Positions 34,925-46,138 of a stretch of DNA of 64,000 bases are shown here, one piece after another. The first letter of the stretch is position 1. Each line of letters begins with the position of its first letter. The notes beneath the pieces are model-generated. The model worked only from the letters and a program-made list of their open reading frames with translations, searched no databases and was not told the DNA's origin. The position numbers and the translations under genes were made by a program. This DNA is from Minisyncoccota bacterium (lineage in GTDB: Bacteria; Patescibacteriota; Minisyncoccia; Phycocordibacterales; Phycocordibacteraceae), in NCBI GenBank assembly GCA_035548315.1, contig DASZTF010000044.1, positions 31,484-95,483 on the forward strand, read 5' to 3'.

Positions 34925-34965
34925 GGGCGGTCCTTCACAGGGCCGCCTTTTGTTATGTCCCCACA
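34925..34965 (+). terminator. GC hairpin + ttttgtt after hypothetical gene
   Basis: gggcggtccttcacagggccgcc followed by ttttgtt. Confidence 0.45.
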
Positions 34966-35156
34966 GCCCCATTGCGCCCGGGGCAGGGAACTGGTATCTT
35001 ATAGATAACCAGAAAAGATTGAGTCCTGGGGAGACTCTGGCGGGCGGGGCGACCTAAGAAGTGGGCGACTTTTAAAAGCGAAGCGGAAAACGCGGGAAGC
35101 GCGCATTTTGCGTGCATGTATCCGTAGCTAATTTCCGCTCTTCATAGCAAAATCAC

Positions 35157-38100
35157 ATGCAGAAAAAGGCCATGCCGGTGAAGACGTTCGGTGCATTTCG
35201 AGCCCCGCTCGTCGAATTCCCGGACTTCATCGCCCACCAGCGTGAATCGTTCGAGTGGCTCCTCAAAGAGGGATTCGCCGAACTCTTTAAGGAATTTTCT
35301 CCGATCCCGGACTATTCGGGTAAGAAGTTCGAACTTCGCATCGAAGACTTCGAAGTCGGTGAGCCTAAGTATGACGAGGAATACGCGCGCGAGAATATGC
35401 GCACGTACGAGGCACCGGTGAAGGTCTCGGTGAAACTCATTAATAAGACCCTCGGTACGGAAAAGACCCAGGACATCTTCCTCGCGGATCTCCCGATCAT
35501 GACGCCGCACGGCAGCTTCATCGTCTCAGGCGTGGAGCGCGCTATCGTGCCGCAGCTCGCGCGCTCGTTCGGTGCGTTCTTCACTTCCGAACTTCTGCGC
35601 GGCAAGCTCTATTATGGTGCGAAGATCATCCCGGCGCGCGGCGTGTGGATCGAGATCGACTCTGAAGCAGACGGCGCAATTTATGTGAAGATCGACCGCA
35701 AGCGCAAGTTCCCGGTCACCGACCTCCTCACGGTCTTCGGCGCTGGCGTCCGCGAAGAGGTCCTCAAGAAATTCATCGGTAACGACGCGGCAGTCGCTGC
35801 ACTCCAGACGACGCTTGCGCACGACACGGCGAAGTCCGTGGATGACGCCTACGTGGAGATCCACCGCCGCATGCGCGACGGCGACCTCGCAACTTCTGAC
35901 AACGCCCGCGATTACGTGAAGTCACTCTTCACGCCTGATCGCTATGACCTCTCGAAGGTCGGTCGCTACCGCTTGAACCAGCGCTTCGGCGAAGCCCTCA
36001 CCCCGAAGGCGCTCGAAGCACGCTCGCTCACGCTCGACGACCTCGTCCGCATTGTCGGTGAGATCGCGAAGCTCAACGTCGACCCGAATGCGAAGCTCGA
36101 CGACATCGACCACCTCGGTTTCCGCCGCGTCCGCTTTGTGGGTGAACTCCTCCAGGCACGCATGCGCGTGGGTATGAGCCGTATGAAGCGCAACATCCAG
36201 GACCGCATGTCCACGATCGAATCGGAGACTTCGCTCCCGATGGCATTCGTGAACCCGCGCCCGTTCCAGGCGTCGGTCCGCGAGTTCTTCACGGCCAACC
36301 AGCTCTCCCAGTTCATGGACCAGCAGAATATCCTCGCCGAACTCGAGCACCAACGTACATTCTCCGCGCTCGGTCCGGGAGGTCTCACACGCGAACGCGC
36401 TGGCTTTGAAGTGCGCGACGTGCACCCGAGCCACTACGGTCGCCTCTGTCCTATTCACACACCGGAAGGACAGAACATCGGCCTCATTCTGCGCATGGCC
36501 GTCCACGCTCGCACCAACGACTTTGGTGTGATCGAGACCCCGTACGCAAAGGTGAAGAAGGGTCAGGTCACCGATGAAATCATTTACCTCAACGCACTCG
36601 AAGAAGAAGAGCAGGTAATAGCGCACGCGGCGACCAAGCTCGACGAGAAGGGCCGCATCGCACTCGAGACCATCGAGGCACGCAAGGGCGGCGAGCCAGT
36701 CCTCGTCTCACGCGACGACGTGACCCTCGTCGACGTCTCGACCTACCAGATGTTCTCGATTGCGACCAACATGATTCCGTTCGTGGATCACGACGACAGT
36801 AACCGCGCGCTCATGGGTAGCAACATGCAGAAACAGGCGACGCCGGTCCTCATCCCAGAGGCGCCGCTCGTGGCGACCGGTATCGAAGAGCACGCAGCGC
36901 GCAACACGGGCCGCCTCATCATCGCTCACGAAGCGGGTGATGTGACCTATGCGGACGCGCGCAAGATCGTCGTCACAAACAAGGACGGCAAGAAGAAGGA
37001 GTACAAGCTGCAAGGCCTTACGCAGACCAACCAGAACTCGGCCTTCTACCAGCGTCCGATCGTGCGCCCCGGGGACAAGGTCAAGAAGGGAGAAGTGCTC
37101 GCCGATGCATCGTCCTCTGATCGCGGTCAGCTCGCGCTCGGCCAGAACGTGCGCGTAGCATTCATGAGCTGGAGCGGCGCGAACTACGAAGACGCTATCA
37201 TCGTCTCCGAGCGCCTCGTGGAGGACAGCAAGTTCACCACCCTCCATATCGAAGACTTCGAGTGCCTCGTGCGCGACACGAAGCTCGGTGCAGAAGTCAC
37301 GACACACGACATCCCGAACGTGGGTGAGATGCGCCTCAAGAACCTCGACGAGGAAGGCGTCGTGCGCATTGGTGCAGAGGTGCGACCGGGCGACATCCTC
37401 GTGGGTAAGGTCACGCCGAAGGGTGAGACTCAGCTCACACCAGAAGAGCGCCTCCTCCGCAGTATCTTCGGCGACAAGGCCAAGGACGTGAAGGACACCT
37501 CGCTCCGCATGGAAGGCGGTAAGCGCGGTCGTGTCATTGGCGTGCGCGTGTTCAGCCGCGAGAAGGGCGACCAGCTCGAGAGCGGTATCATCAAGAAGAT
37601 CGTCGTGACGGTGGCGCAGGTGCGTAACGTATCGGTGGGTGACAAGCTTGCCGGTCGCCACGGTAACAAGGGCGTGATCTCGCGCGTGCTTCCGGTGGAA
37701 GACATGCCGTACGACAAGGACGGTAACCCAGTCGACCTCATCCTCACGCCGCTTGGCGTGCCGAGCCGCATGAACCTCGGTCAGATTCTTGAGATGCACC
37801 TCGGTCTTGCTGCCAATACGCTCGGCTACCAGGCAGTTGTCCCGCCGTTCGTGGGTGCAACGGCTGATGAAATCGCCGACGAGCTCGAAGCTGCAGGCTT
37901 CTCGCGCTCGGGCAAGATGAAACTCTACGACGGTCGCACCGGAGAAACGTTTGGTCAGGACATCGCCGTGGGCTACATGTACGTCTTGAAGCTCCACCAC
38001 ATGGTGGAAGACAAGATCCACATGCGCTCCATTGGTCCCTACAGCCTGATCACCCAGCAGCCGCTCGGTGGTAAAGCACAGAACGGTGGTCAGCGCTTCG

Positions 38101-38336
38101 GAGAAATGGAAGTGTGGGCGCTCCTCGGCTACGGTTCTGCATACACGCTGCGCGAGATGCTCACTATTAAGTCAGACGACATCCAGGGCCGTTCTGCGGC
38201 ATTCGATGCCATCGTGAAATCGGAGCCGATAAGCCACGCGGGTACGCCGGCGTCGTTCTCCGTACTTACTAATCAGATCAGCGGTCTCGCGCTCGACGTC
38301 GACGTCGTCGAAGTGCCGCCGACCGATCTCGCCTAA
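35157..38336 (+). CDS. rpoB: DNA-directed RNA polymerase subunit beta (compact, 1059 aa)
   Basis: Conserved beta blocks: GSFIVSGVERAIVPQL, rifampicin-cluster region FMDQQN...LSALGPGGL, RLCPIHTPEGQNIGL, KLAGRHGNKGVIS, and the QRFGEMEVWAL C-terminal block. Confidence 0.95.
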   Translation: MQKKAMPVKTFGAFRAPLVEFPDFIAHQRESFEWLLKEGFAELFKEFSPIPDYSGKKFELRIEDFEVGEPKYDEEYARENMRTYEAPVKVSVKLINKTLGTEKTQDIFLADLPIMTPHGSFIVSGVERAIVPQLARSFGAFFTSELLRGKLYYGAKIIPARGVWIEIDSEADGAIYVKIDRKRKFPVTDLLTVFGAGVREEVLKKFIGNDAAVAALQTTLAHDTAKSVDDAYVEIHRRMRDGDLATSDNARDYVKSLFTPDRYDLSKVGRYRLNQRFGEALTPKALEARSLTLDDLVRIVGEIAKLNVDPNAKLDDIDHLGFRRVRFVGELLQARMRVGMSRMKRNIQDRMSTIESETSLPMAFVNPRPFQASVREFFTANQLSQFMDQQNILAELEHQRTFSALGPGGLTRERAGFEVRDVHPSHYGRLCPIHTPEGQNIGLILRMAVHARTNDFGVIETPYAKVKKGQVTDEIIYLNALEEEEQVIAHAATKLDEKGRIALETIEARKGGEPVLVSRDDVTLVDVSTYQMFSIATNMIPFVDHDDSNRALMGSNMQKQATPVLIPEAPLVATGIEEHAARNTGRLIIAHEAGDVTYADARKIVVTNKDGKKKEYKLQGLTQTNQNSAFYQRPIVRPGDKVKKGEVLADASSSDRGQLALGQNVRVAFMSWSGANYEDAIIVSERLVEDSKFTTLHIEDFECLVRDTKLGAEVTTHDIPNVGEMRLKNLDEEGVVRIGAEVRPGDILVGKVTPKGETQLTPEERLLRSIFGDKAKDVKDTSLRMEGGKRGRVIGVRVFSREKGDQLESGIIKKIVVTVAQVRNVSVGDKLAGRHGNKGVISRVLPVEDMPYDKDGNPVDLILTPLGVPSRMNLGQILEMHLGLAANTLGYQAVVPPFVGATADEIADELEAAGFSRSGKMKLYDGRTGETFGQDIAVGYMYVLKLHHMVEDKIHMRSIGPYSLITQQPLGGKAQNGGQRFGEMEVWALLGYGSAYTLREMLTIKSDDIQGRSAAFDAIVKSEPISHAGTPASFSVLTNQISGLALDVDVVEVPPTDLA

Positions 38337-38348
38337 CGCTTCACTTCT

Positions 38349-41300
38349 ATGGCACACACACCACGCAATCAGGGCAGGAAAGAAGACTGGGGCGCGATCC
38401 GTCTGTCGGTCGCATCGCCAGAACGCATCCTCCAGTGGAGTCACGGCGAAGTGACGAAGCCGGAGACGATCAACTACCGCACCCAGCGCTCGGAGAAGCA
38501 CGGTCTCTTCGATGAAAAGATCTTTGGCCCTGAAAAGGACTACGAGTGTTACTGCGGTAAGTACAAGGGCATCCGCTACAAGGGCATTGTTTGTGATAAG
38601 TGTGGCGTGGAAATCACACGCTCAATTGTGCGCCGCGAGCGCATGGGCCACATCGAGCTCGTGACGCCGGTCGCGCACATCTGGTACCTCCGCTCGGTCC
38701 CGAGCCGCATGGCGCTCCTCCTCGGTCTCTCGGCATCCGACCTCGAGAAAGTCGTCTACTTCGCGGGCTACATCGTCACCAAGGTGAACGAGGAGACCAA
38801 GAAGAAGCTCCTTTCTGAACTCGAGAGCGAGTACAAGAGCAAGTACAAGTCGACCGAAAAGGACGCAGACAAGGAAGCGCTCAAGGAACGCATGACGCTC
38901 GCGAAGGCCGAGATCGAATCGGTCGTCGTGGGCCGCGTATTCGATGAAATGGAGTACCACCACTTCTCCGTGAAGTACGGTACGCTCTTTGAAGCGCGCA
39001 TCGGCGCAGAAGCGATCTACGACATCTTCCGCGGTATCAACCTCAAGGAGCTCAAGGAGACGCTCGAGGCCCGCTACCAGAAGGCAGGTGCTGCAGAACG
39101 CGAGAAGCTCGCGAAGCGCATCAGCCTCGCGGCAGGCATGATCGCAGCGAACACCCGCCCCGAGTGGATGTTCCTCACGCGCATCCCGGTGATCCCGCCG
39201 GCGCTCCGTCCGATGGTGGCGCTCGAGGGTGGCCGCCACGCGACGAGCGACGTGAACGACCTCTACCGCCGCGTGATCAACCGCAACAACCGTCTCAAGA
39301 AGCTCCTCGACATCCACGCACCGGAAGTGATTCTCCGTAACGAAAAGCGCATCCTCCAGGAAGCAGTGGACGCACTCCTCGACAACTCCATCCGTAAGGG
39401 TGGTGCATCGGGTGGCGCGCTCACGCCGAGCCAGCGCCGTCCATTGAAGTCACTCGCCGACTACCTCAAGGGTAAGCAAGGGTACTTCCGCCAGAACCTC
39501 TTGGGTAAGCGCGTGGACTACTCGGGCCGCTCCGTGATCGTCGTGGGTCCTGATCTCGAGCTCGACCAGTGCGGTCTGCCGAAGCACATGGCGCTCGAGC
39601 TCTTCCGCCCATTCGTGATCGGCGGGCTCTTGAAGCGCGAGCTCGCGTTCAACATCCGCGGCGCAGGGCGCCTCATCGAAGACGGCGTGCCGGAAGTCTG
39701 GGAAATCCTCGAAGAAGTGATCCAGGGCAAGTACGTGCTCCTCAACCGCGCACCGACGCTCCACCGCCAGGGTATCCAGGCATTCCGCCCGCGCCTCATC
39801 GAAGGTGATGCGATCCAGCTGCACCCGCTCGTCTGTCACGCATTCAACGCTGACTTCGACGGTGACCAGATGGCCGTCCACGTGCCGCTTTCTGAAGAAG
39901 CACAGTGGGAAGCACGCGAAGTGATGAGCGCGAACAAGAACATCCTCAAGCCGGGTAACGGCGAAATGACGGTGCTTGCAGCTAAGCCGCAGGACATCAT
40001 TCTCGGTGTGTACTGGCTCACGAAGCTCGCACCGGGCGCAAAGGGCGAGGGCATGTACTTCCAGTCGCCGAATGCCGCGATCCTCGCGTACGAGTACGGC
40101 GCAGTCGACCTGCGTGCGAAAGTGCACGTGGCGCCGACGCCGGAGAAGGCGAAATACGCCGACTTTACGGAAGGTACCTTTGAGACCTCGGTCGGGCGTC
40201 TCCTCTTCAACACCGTGCTCCCGAGCGAGTATCCGTTCGTGAACGACGCAATCACCAAGAAGGTGCTTGCCCGCATCGTGAACGACTGCATCGCGCGCTA
40301 CGGTCTCGACCGCATCCCGGATATCGTGAACAAGGTGAAGCGTTTCGGGTTCGAGTATGCGACCAAGTCGGGCGTGACCTTCGCGATGAGCGAAGTGCTC
40401 GTGCCGGAAGCCAAGCAGGACATCATCAAAGCGACCGAGAAAAAGGTGGAAGGCATCGAGGATAACTTCCGCGATGGCCTCCTCTCGGAAGACGAAAAGC
40501 GTCGCATGGTGATCGAGGCATGGCAGGGCGCGAAGGGTGAGATCGAAAAGATCGTGGCCGAGACGATGAACCCGATGGGTTCCATGTCGGACATGGTGGT
40601 CTCCGGCGCCCGCGGTTCTATGGGCCAGGTGACGCAGATGGTGGGTATCAAGGGCCTCATCCAGAACACCGCTGGCGAGACGATCGAGGTGCCTATTACC
40701 TCGAGCATGGCAGAAGGGCTCAACCCGATTGAGTACTTCATGTCCACGCACGGTGCGCGTAAGGGTCTCACCGACACCGCGCTTGGTACGGCACGCGCAG
40801 GATACCTGACGCGCCGCCTCTTCGACGTCGCGCAGGACTCGATCATTACCGAGAAGGATTGCGGCACTAAGCGCGGTGTGCAGATCAGCCGCGTATCCGC
40901 ATCCGGTATTCAGGTAGACTTCGCCGACGCGGTCCGTGGTCGCGTGCTTGCGGAAGACGCCGGTAGCTTCAAGAAGAATCACTACCTCACCGCAGAGGAC
41001 GCCCGCGTACTCGCAAACGACAACTCGATCCCGTCCGTACTCATGCGCTCCCCGATGAGCTGTGAGACGCGCTTCGGCATCTGCGCAGCTTGCTACGGCA
41101 TGGACCTCACCACACAGGAACTCGTAGACTTGGGCGAGGCAGTCGGTACCGTGGCCGCACAGGCTATCGGTGAACCGGGCACGCAGCTCACGATGCGCAC
41201 CTTCCACTCGGGCGGCGTGGCATCGGTCGGCGGCGACATCACGCAGGGTCTCCCGCGCGTGGAAGAAGTGTTCGAGAAGCGCACGCCGAAGAATCCTGCG

Positions 41301-42047
41301 ATCGTGAGTAAGACCGATGGTATGGTCGTCGAGATCCGCGAAGCGGGTCGCGAGAAGGTCATCGTCGTCGTACCGGAAGTGGGGCAGGGCAAGAAGGACG
41401 GCTCGGCAAGCGAGTACGTCGCTATCTATCCTCGCCAGGCACTCGTGAAGGCGGGCGATAAGGTCACGAAGGGCCAGCTGCTTACCGATGGATCGGTGGA
41501 CCTCGACGAGCTCTTCGAGTACGCTGGGCGCGCGGTCGTGCAGGAGTACATCATCACGGAAACGGCGAAGATCTACGAGCTCCAGGGCGCATCGGTGTCG
41601 CGCAAGCACATCGAGGTGATCGTGAAGCAGATGTTCAACCGCGTGAAGATCACCGAGATCGGTGAGACCGAGTATTCGGTCGGCGACGTGATCGAAGACT
41701 GGGAGTACGCAGCAGCACTTGCGGAAGCGAAGAAGGAAGGCAAGGAAGCGCCGAAGGCAAAGGAAATCGTCCTTGGTATCAAGGAGTCCGCACTCAGTCG
41801 CCGCTCGTTCCTCTCGGCAGCGTCGTTCGAACAGACCACGAAGATCCTCATCAACGCAGCCCTCAAGGGTTCCGTGGATACGCTCCGTGGTCTGAAAGAA
41901 AATGTGATCCTCGGTCGCCTCATCCCGGCGGGTACTGGATTCGCTCAGTCGAAGAAGCACGCTTCAATCAAGAAGCTGCAGGCTGAGCGCCCAGCGCCAG
42001 TCATGGAAGAGCGCAGTTTCACCGCCAAGTTCCCGGCAAAGTCCTAA
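38349..42047 (+). CDS. rpoC: DNA-directed RNA polymerase subunit beta'
   Basis: Zn-binding [20 protein letters not shown], catalytic [12 protein letters not shown], trigger loop and bridge helix regions. 1232 aa. Confidence 0.95.
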   Translation: MAHTPRNQGRKEDWGAIRLSVASPERILQWSHGEVTKPETINYRTQRSEKHGLFDEKIFGPEKDYECYCGKYKGIRYKGIVCDKCGVEITRSIVRRERMGHIELVTPVAHIWYLRSVPSRMALLLGLSASDLEKVVYFAGYIVTKVNEETKKKLLSELESEYKSKYKSTEKDADKEALKERMTLAKAEIESVVVGRVFDEMEYHHFSVKYGTLFEARIGAEAIYDIFRGINLKELKETLEARYQKAGAAEREKLAKRISLAAGMIAANTRPEWMFLTRIPVIPPALRPMVALEGGRHATSDVNDLYRRVINRNNRLKKLLDIHAPEVILRNEKRILQEAVDALLDNSIRKGGASGGALTPSQRRPLKSLADYLKGKQGYFRQNLLGKRVDYSGRSVIVVGPDLELDQCGLPKHMALELFRPFVIGGLLKRELAFNIRGAGRLIEDGVPEVWEILEEVIQGKYVLLNRAPTLHRQGIQAFRPRLIEGDAIQLHPLVCHAFNADFDGDQMAVHVPLSEEAQWEAREVMSANKNILKPGNGEMTVLAAKPQDIILGVYWLTKLAPGAKGEGMYFQSPNAAILAYEYGAVDLRAKVHVAPTPEKAKYADFTEGTFETSVGRLLFNTVLPSEYPFVNDAITKKVLARIVNDCIARYGLDRIPDIVNKVKRFGFEYATKSGVTFAMSEVLVPEAKQDIIKATEKKVEGIEDNFRDGLLSEDEKRRMVIEAWQGAKGEIEKIVAETMNPMGSMSDMVVSGARGSMGQVTQMVGIKGLIQNTAGETIEVPITSSMAEGLNPIEYFMSTHGARKGLTDTALGTARAGYLTRRLFDVAQDSIITEKDCGTKRGVQISRVSASGIQVDFADAVRGRVLAEDAGSFKKNHYLTAEDARVLANDNSIPSVLMRSPMSCETRFGICAACYGMDLTTQELVDLGEAVGTVAAQAIGEPGTQLTMRTFHSGGVASVGGDITQGLPRVEEVFEKRTPKNPAIVSKTDGMVVEIREAGREKVIVVVPEVGQGKKDGSASEYVAIYPRQALVKAGDKVTKGQLLTDGSVDLDELFEYAGRAVVQEYIITETAKIYELQGASVSRKHIEVIVKQMFNRVKITEIGETEYSVGDVIEDWEYAAALAEAKKEGKEAPKAKEIVLGIKESALSRRSFLSAASFEQTTKILINAALKGSVDTLRGLKENVILGRLIPAGTGFAQSKKHASIKKLQAERPAPVMEERSFTAKFPAKS

Positions 42048-42066
42048 TTAATTACAAAATAGGGAA

Positions 42067-42107
42067 CACAGCGCCGCCCCGTGAGGGGCGGCGCTGTTGT
42101 ATACTTT
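42067..42107 (+). terminator. Rho-independent terminator after rpoC
   Basis: cagcgccgcccc-gtga-ggggcggcgctg perfect 12-bp stem followed by ttgtatacttt. Confidence 0.8.
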
Positions 42108-42111
42108 CCGG

Positions 42112-42414
42112 ATGAACCACGAACCCCGCTCGCAAGCGTCGCTCGAAAACCTCACCGAAATGGTGGTGGATTTAACAGGTGCAGTGCAGGAAGGATTTAC
42201 TCGAGTCGAGAAAAGTATTGAAGTACTTCACGAAGGCCAGGAGAATCTGAAAGAACGTGTGGGTGTCCTCGAGGGCACCGTAGGGAAATTGGTAGTCAAA
42301 GTTGATGAAATGTCCGATGCGCTGGATGGCTTGGCCCGCGCAGTGGATAAAGACGCCGTTACACTCGTAAATCACGAAGGCCGCATCGCCCGCCTCGAGA
42401 AAGCCGCAGCATAA
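42112..42414 (+). CDS. Hypothetical coiled-coil protein
   Basis: ATG at 42112; the track's TTG at 42097 lies inside the terminator stem. Heptad-like LENLTEMVVDL...LKERVGVLEGTVGKLVVKVDEMSDALDGLARAV. Confidence 0.4.
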   Translation: MNHEPRSQASLENLTEMVVDLTGAVQEGFTRVEKSIEVLHEGQENLKERVGVLEGTVGKLVVKVDEMSDALDGLARAVDKDAVTLVNHEGRIARLEKAAA

Positions 42415-42463
42415 ACAAAAACGGCGCAGAGAGTTCCCTCTCCGCACCGCTCGTAGTGCCAAC

Positions 42464-42646
42464 TTACCATCGGCACAGTTTCGTACCGGGGATATGTTCA
42501 TAGCCGCCGGGGCACATTGCTGGACGGTAGCCGGTCGCTGGGACTTGAGCAACCAACTTCGGACCAGTTGTGGATCCAATAGCGGCTGGGATCGCAATCG
42601 CCCCAATGAGAGCGAGAGCTATTCCAAAACGAGACAAAGGACTCAT
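42464..42646 (-). CDS. Small secreted peptide (60 aa; signal peptide + ~35-aa Cys-containing mature part)
   Basis: GGAGG RBS 7 nt upstream of ATG (MSPLSRFGIALALIGAIAIPAAIG...). Mature region CPGGYEHIPGTKLC has two Cys. Confidence 0.45.
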   Translation of the reverse strand: MSPLSRFGIALALIGAIAIPAAIGSTTGPKLVAQVPATGYRPAMCPGGYEHIPGTKLCRW

Positions 42647-42731
42647 ATGAACGCCTCCTGCTTGGTCAAAGTACTTTATAAACATAATGATTCTTTGTCA
42701 AGTATCAGAAACAAGCGTAAAATTGGGAGAA

Positions 42732-44411
42732 ATGGCGGGGGATACGGTACAGCAGGTGAAGGAGAAACTGTCGATTGTCGACGTGATTTCGCCGTATGTG
42801 AAGCTCGCTCGGGCGGGGAAGTACTGGAAGGGGCTCTCGCCCTTTAATAAGGAAAAGACGCCGAGTTTCTATGTGAACATTGAGCGCCAGAGCTACTACT
42901 GCTTCTCAAGTAATCAGGGCGGCGATATGTTCACATTCATCCAGGCGATGGAGGGTGTCGACTTCAAAGGCGCACTGAAAATTCTCGCGGAGAAAGCGGG
43001 TGTGGAAATTGAATATTCTGGCCCGGGGAAAGGGAAGGAGCATAAAGAAAAAGAAGAGCGCGAGCGCGAAGCGCTCGCGCGGGCTGAGCAATTCTTCGTC
43101 CGTAATCTCACGGAAAATTCACCGGCGTACGCCTACGCTCTTAAACGCGGGCTTTCACCTGCTACTATCGCGAGCTGGAATTTGGGTGTCGCACCTGACA
43201 CCTGGCGCGGACTGCTCGATGAGCTTACCGCTGCAGGATTTACCAATCCCGAACTCATCGCAGCCGGCCTTATCAAAGAAGCCGACGGGAAACCCGGCAC
43301 CTACTATGATCGATTCCGTAATCGCTTGATGTTCCCGATCAAGGACGCGGCGGGCCGCACGGTGGCATTTACCGGCCGTGCGCTCGACCCGGATGATCAG
43401 GCAAAGTACCTCAACTCACCAGAAACGGACCTCTACAAGAAATCCAAGATTCTCTTTGCGATGGATCGGGCAAAGGACGCCATCCGCCAGCGGCAGTTTG
43501 CGCTCCTCATGGAAGGGCAGATGGATGTGATTCACGCGCATCAGGCAGGATTCACGAACACTGTGGCGCTTTCGGGCACTGCGCTCACCGATGAGCACCT
43601 TTCGCTTATCAAACGCTACTCCGAGAACTTGATGCTGTGTCTTGATGCCGATCGTGCCGGGCTCGCCGCGACACAGAAGCACGCGCTCGCGGCGCTCCGC
43701 CACGGTTTGCGAGTAAAGGCAGTGCGGCTTCCAAAAGGCAAAGACCCGGCAGATCTCATCTCGGAAGACCCAAAGGAATTCACCAAACGTGTCGCAGACG
43801 CGGAACCGGTCATCGAGTTTTTCCTCGCAGTGCTCGCGGAAGCGGAGCCGGACCCGCACCGGCTCGTGCTCCATAGCGAGAAAATCGTGCTGCCGCTGCT
43901 TGCCGCTGTTAAGAGTCCGATGGAGCGGGATCACTTTGTGGGGGTGATCGCCCGTGCGACGGGGCTTACGCCGGAGTCGATCCGCGCTGGGCTTGCTGCG
44001 GTACCCAAAGACGCCATGGGGGCAGAATCACCGAGCAGGGCGCCTGTGCCGGCTGCTAAAGACGAGCCCGTCACCGACCTCATGCGCCTCACCGCAATTG
44101 TAGAGGTGTACCCGGCGAGCCACCTTGCCGAACGAGTAAAAAGTGAGTATACTCGCATCACGGGTGCGACGATGCCAGAGGAGGCAAGTCCCGAACGTGT
44201 CTCATTTGAGACCGGGATACTCTACGGAGAAGCTCCTCTTGAGCGCGCCGCCGATGATGTACTCAAACGATTTGAACGGGCGACTCTGACCCGGAGGTAC
44301 GAAGAGGCACTGACCGAGCTCCGCCGCGCAGAACGCGCAGGAGACCAGGACGCCATTTCTGCCGCAGAGGCTTCGTGCGACAAACTTATGAAGACGATCG
44401 CGACTCTCTGA
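42732..44411 (+). CDS. dnaG: DNA primase with degenerate zinc-binding domain
   Basis: ZBD-like N-terminus in which the canonical CPFHxEKTPSF...YHCFGCG reads SPFNKEKTPSF...YYCFSSN (3 of 4 Zn ligands replaced). Intact TOPRIM (LMEGQMDVI, LCLDADRAG). dnaG-rpoD synteny. Confidence 0.9.
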   Translation: MAGDTVQQVKEKLSIVDVISPYVKLARAGKYWKGLSPFNKEKTPSFYVNIERQSYYCFSSNQGGDMFTFIQAMEGVDFKGALKILAEKAGVEIEYSGPGKGKEHKEKEEREREALARAEQFFVRNLTENSPAYAYALKRGLSPATIASWNLGVAPDTWRGLLDELTAAGFTNPELIAAGLIKEADGKPGTYYDRFRNRLMFPIKDAAGRTVAFTGRALDPDDQAKYLNSPETDLYKKSKILFAMDRAKDAIRQRQFALLMEGQMDVIHAHQAGFTNTVALSGTALTDEHLSLIKRYSENLMLCLDADRAGLAATQKHALAALRHGLRVKAVRLPKGKDPADLISEDPKEFTKRVADAEPVIEFFLAVLAEAEPDPHRLVLHSEKIVLPLLAAVKSPMERDHFVGVIARATGLTPESIRAGLAAVPKDAMGAESPSRAPVPAAKDEPVTDLMRLTAIVEVYPASHLAERVKSEYTRITGATMPEEASPERVSFETGILYGEAPLERAADDVLKRFERATLTRRYEEALTELRRAERAGDQDAISAAEASCDKLMKTIATL

Positions 44412-44441
44412 CGCGCTGGTCGTATAGTTTCCATTCCATAC

Positions 44442-45674
<1,233 letters not shown>

Positions 45675-45688
45675 AGACTCAAATACGT

Positions 45689-45727
45689 AAACGGCGCCTA
45701 CCTCCTGGGGCGCCGTTTTGTGTTAAT
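45689..45727. terminator. Intrinsic terminator after rpoD
   Basis: aacggcgcc-tacctcctg-gggcgccgtt followed by ttgtgtt. The 3' end of the convergent minus-strand ORF overlaps it. Confidence 0.7.
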
Positions 45728-46039
45728 GTGTGCAGTTGTCTTCTTGTCGCGAAGTGCGCGGAGCTCGTCCCACGGGATATCCACGCCGCTATTGTCTGTC
45801 CTACAGAGCAATGCCCGGGGACGAATGGTTTGCAGATGTCCGTTCTTGAGCACTTTGTACTTGCGATCGACGAACGCCACCACGCAGGCTTTTGCAGCTC
45901 TGTGGTCCTTCGCATAGAACGTAAGGGTACGCATCACCGACCCTAAGTTGTGTTCGACCAGGTCCCCGGCACTTGAACGGCGATGGACGGTCTTACCCAA
46001 CGGTTGGTCGTACTCCAAGTAATACTCGATTTCAGCCAC
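45698..46039 (-). CDS. Hypothetical protein with atypical codon usage
   Basis: GTG start preceded by GGGAGGG RBS (6-nt spacer). Uses TTG/TTA/AGA/AGG codons rare elsewhere in the window. Confidence 0.5.
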   Translation of the reverse strand: MAEIEYYLEYDQPLGKTVHRRSSAGDLVEHNLGSVMRTLTFYAKDHRAAKACVVAFVDRKYKVLKNGHLQTIRPRALLCRTDNSGVDIPWDELRALRDKKTTAHINTKRRPRR

Positions 46040-46138
46040 GTTTTACCCTCCCAAACTCGGCTACTTCCCACCTTACGCCTCTATACACGAGAGCGCAATG
46101 GTCAGTACAAAAGTCAAACAGCGTATACTACAAGGGCA

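Noticed and set aside
35922-41960. Multiple long minus-strand ORFs (234, 437, 836 aa) inside rpoB/rpoC
   Set aside because: Antisense to the universally conserved rpoB and rpoC; compositionally biased R/D/H/V-rich translations.
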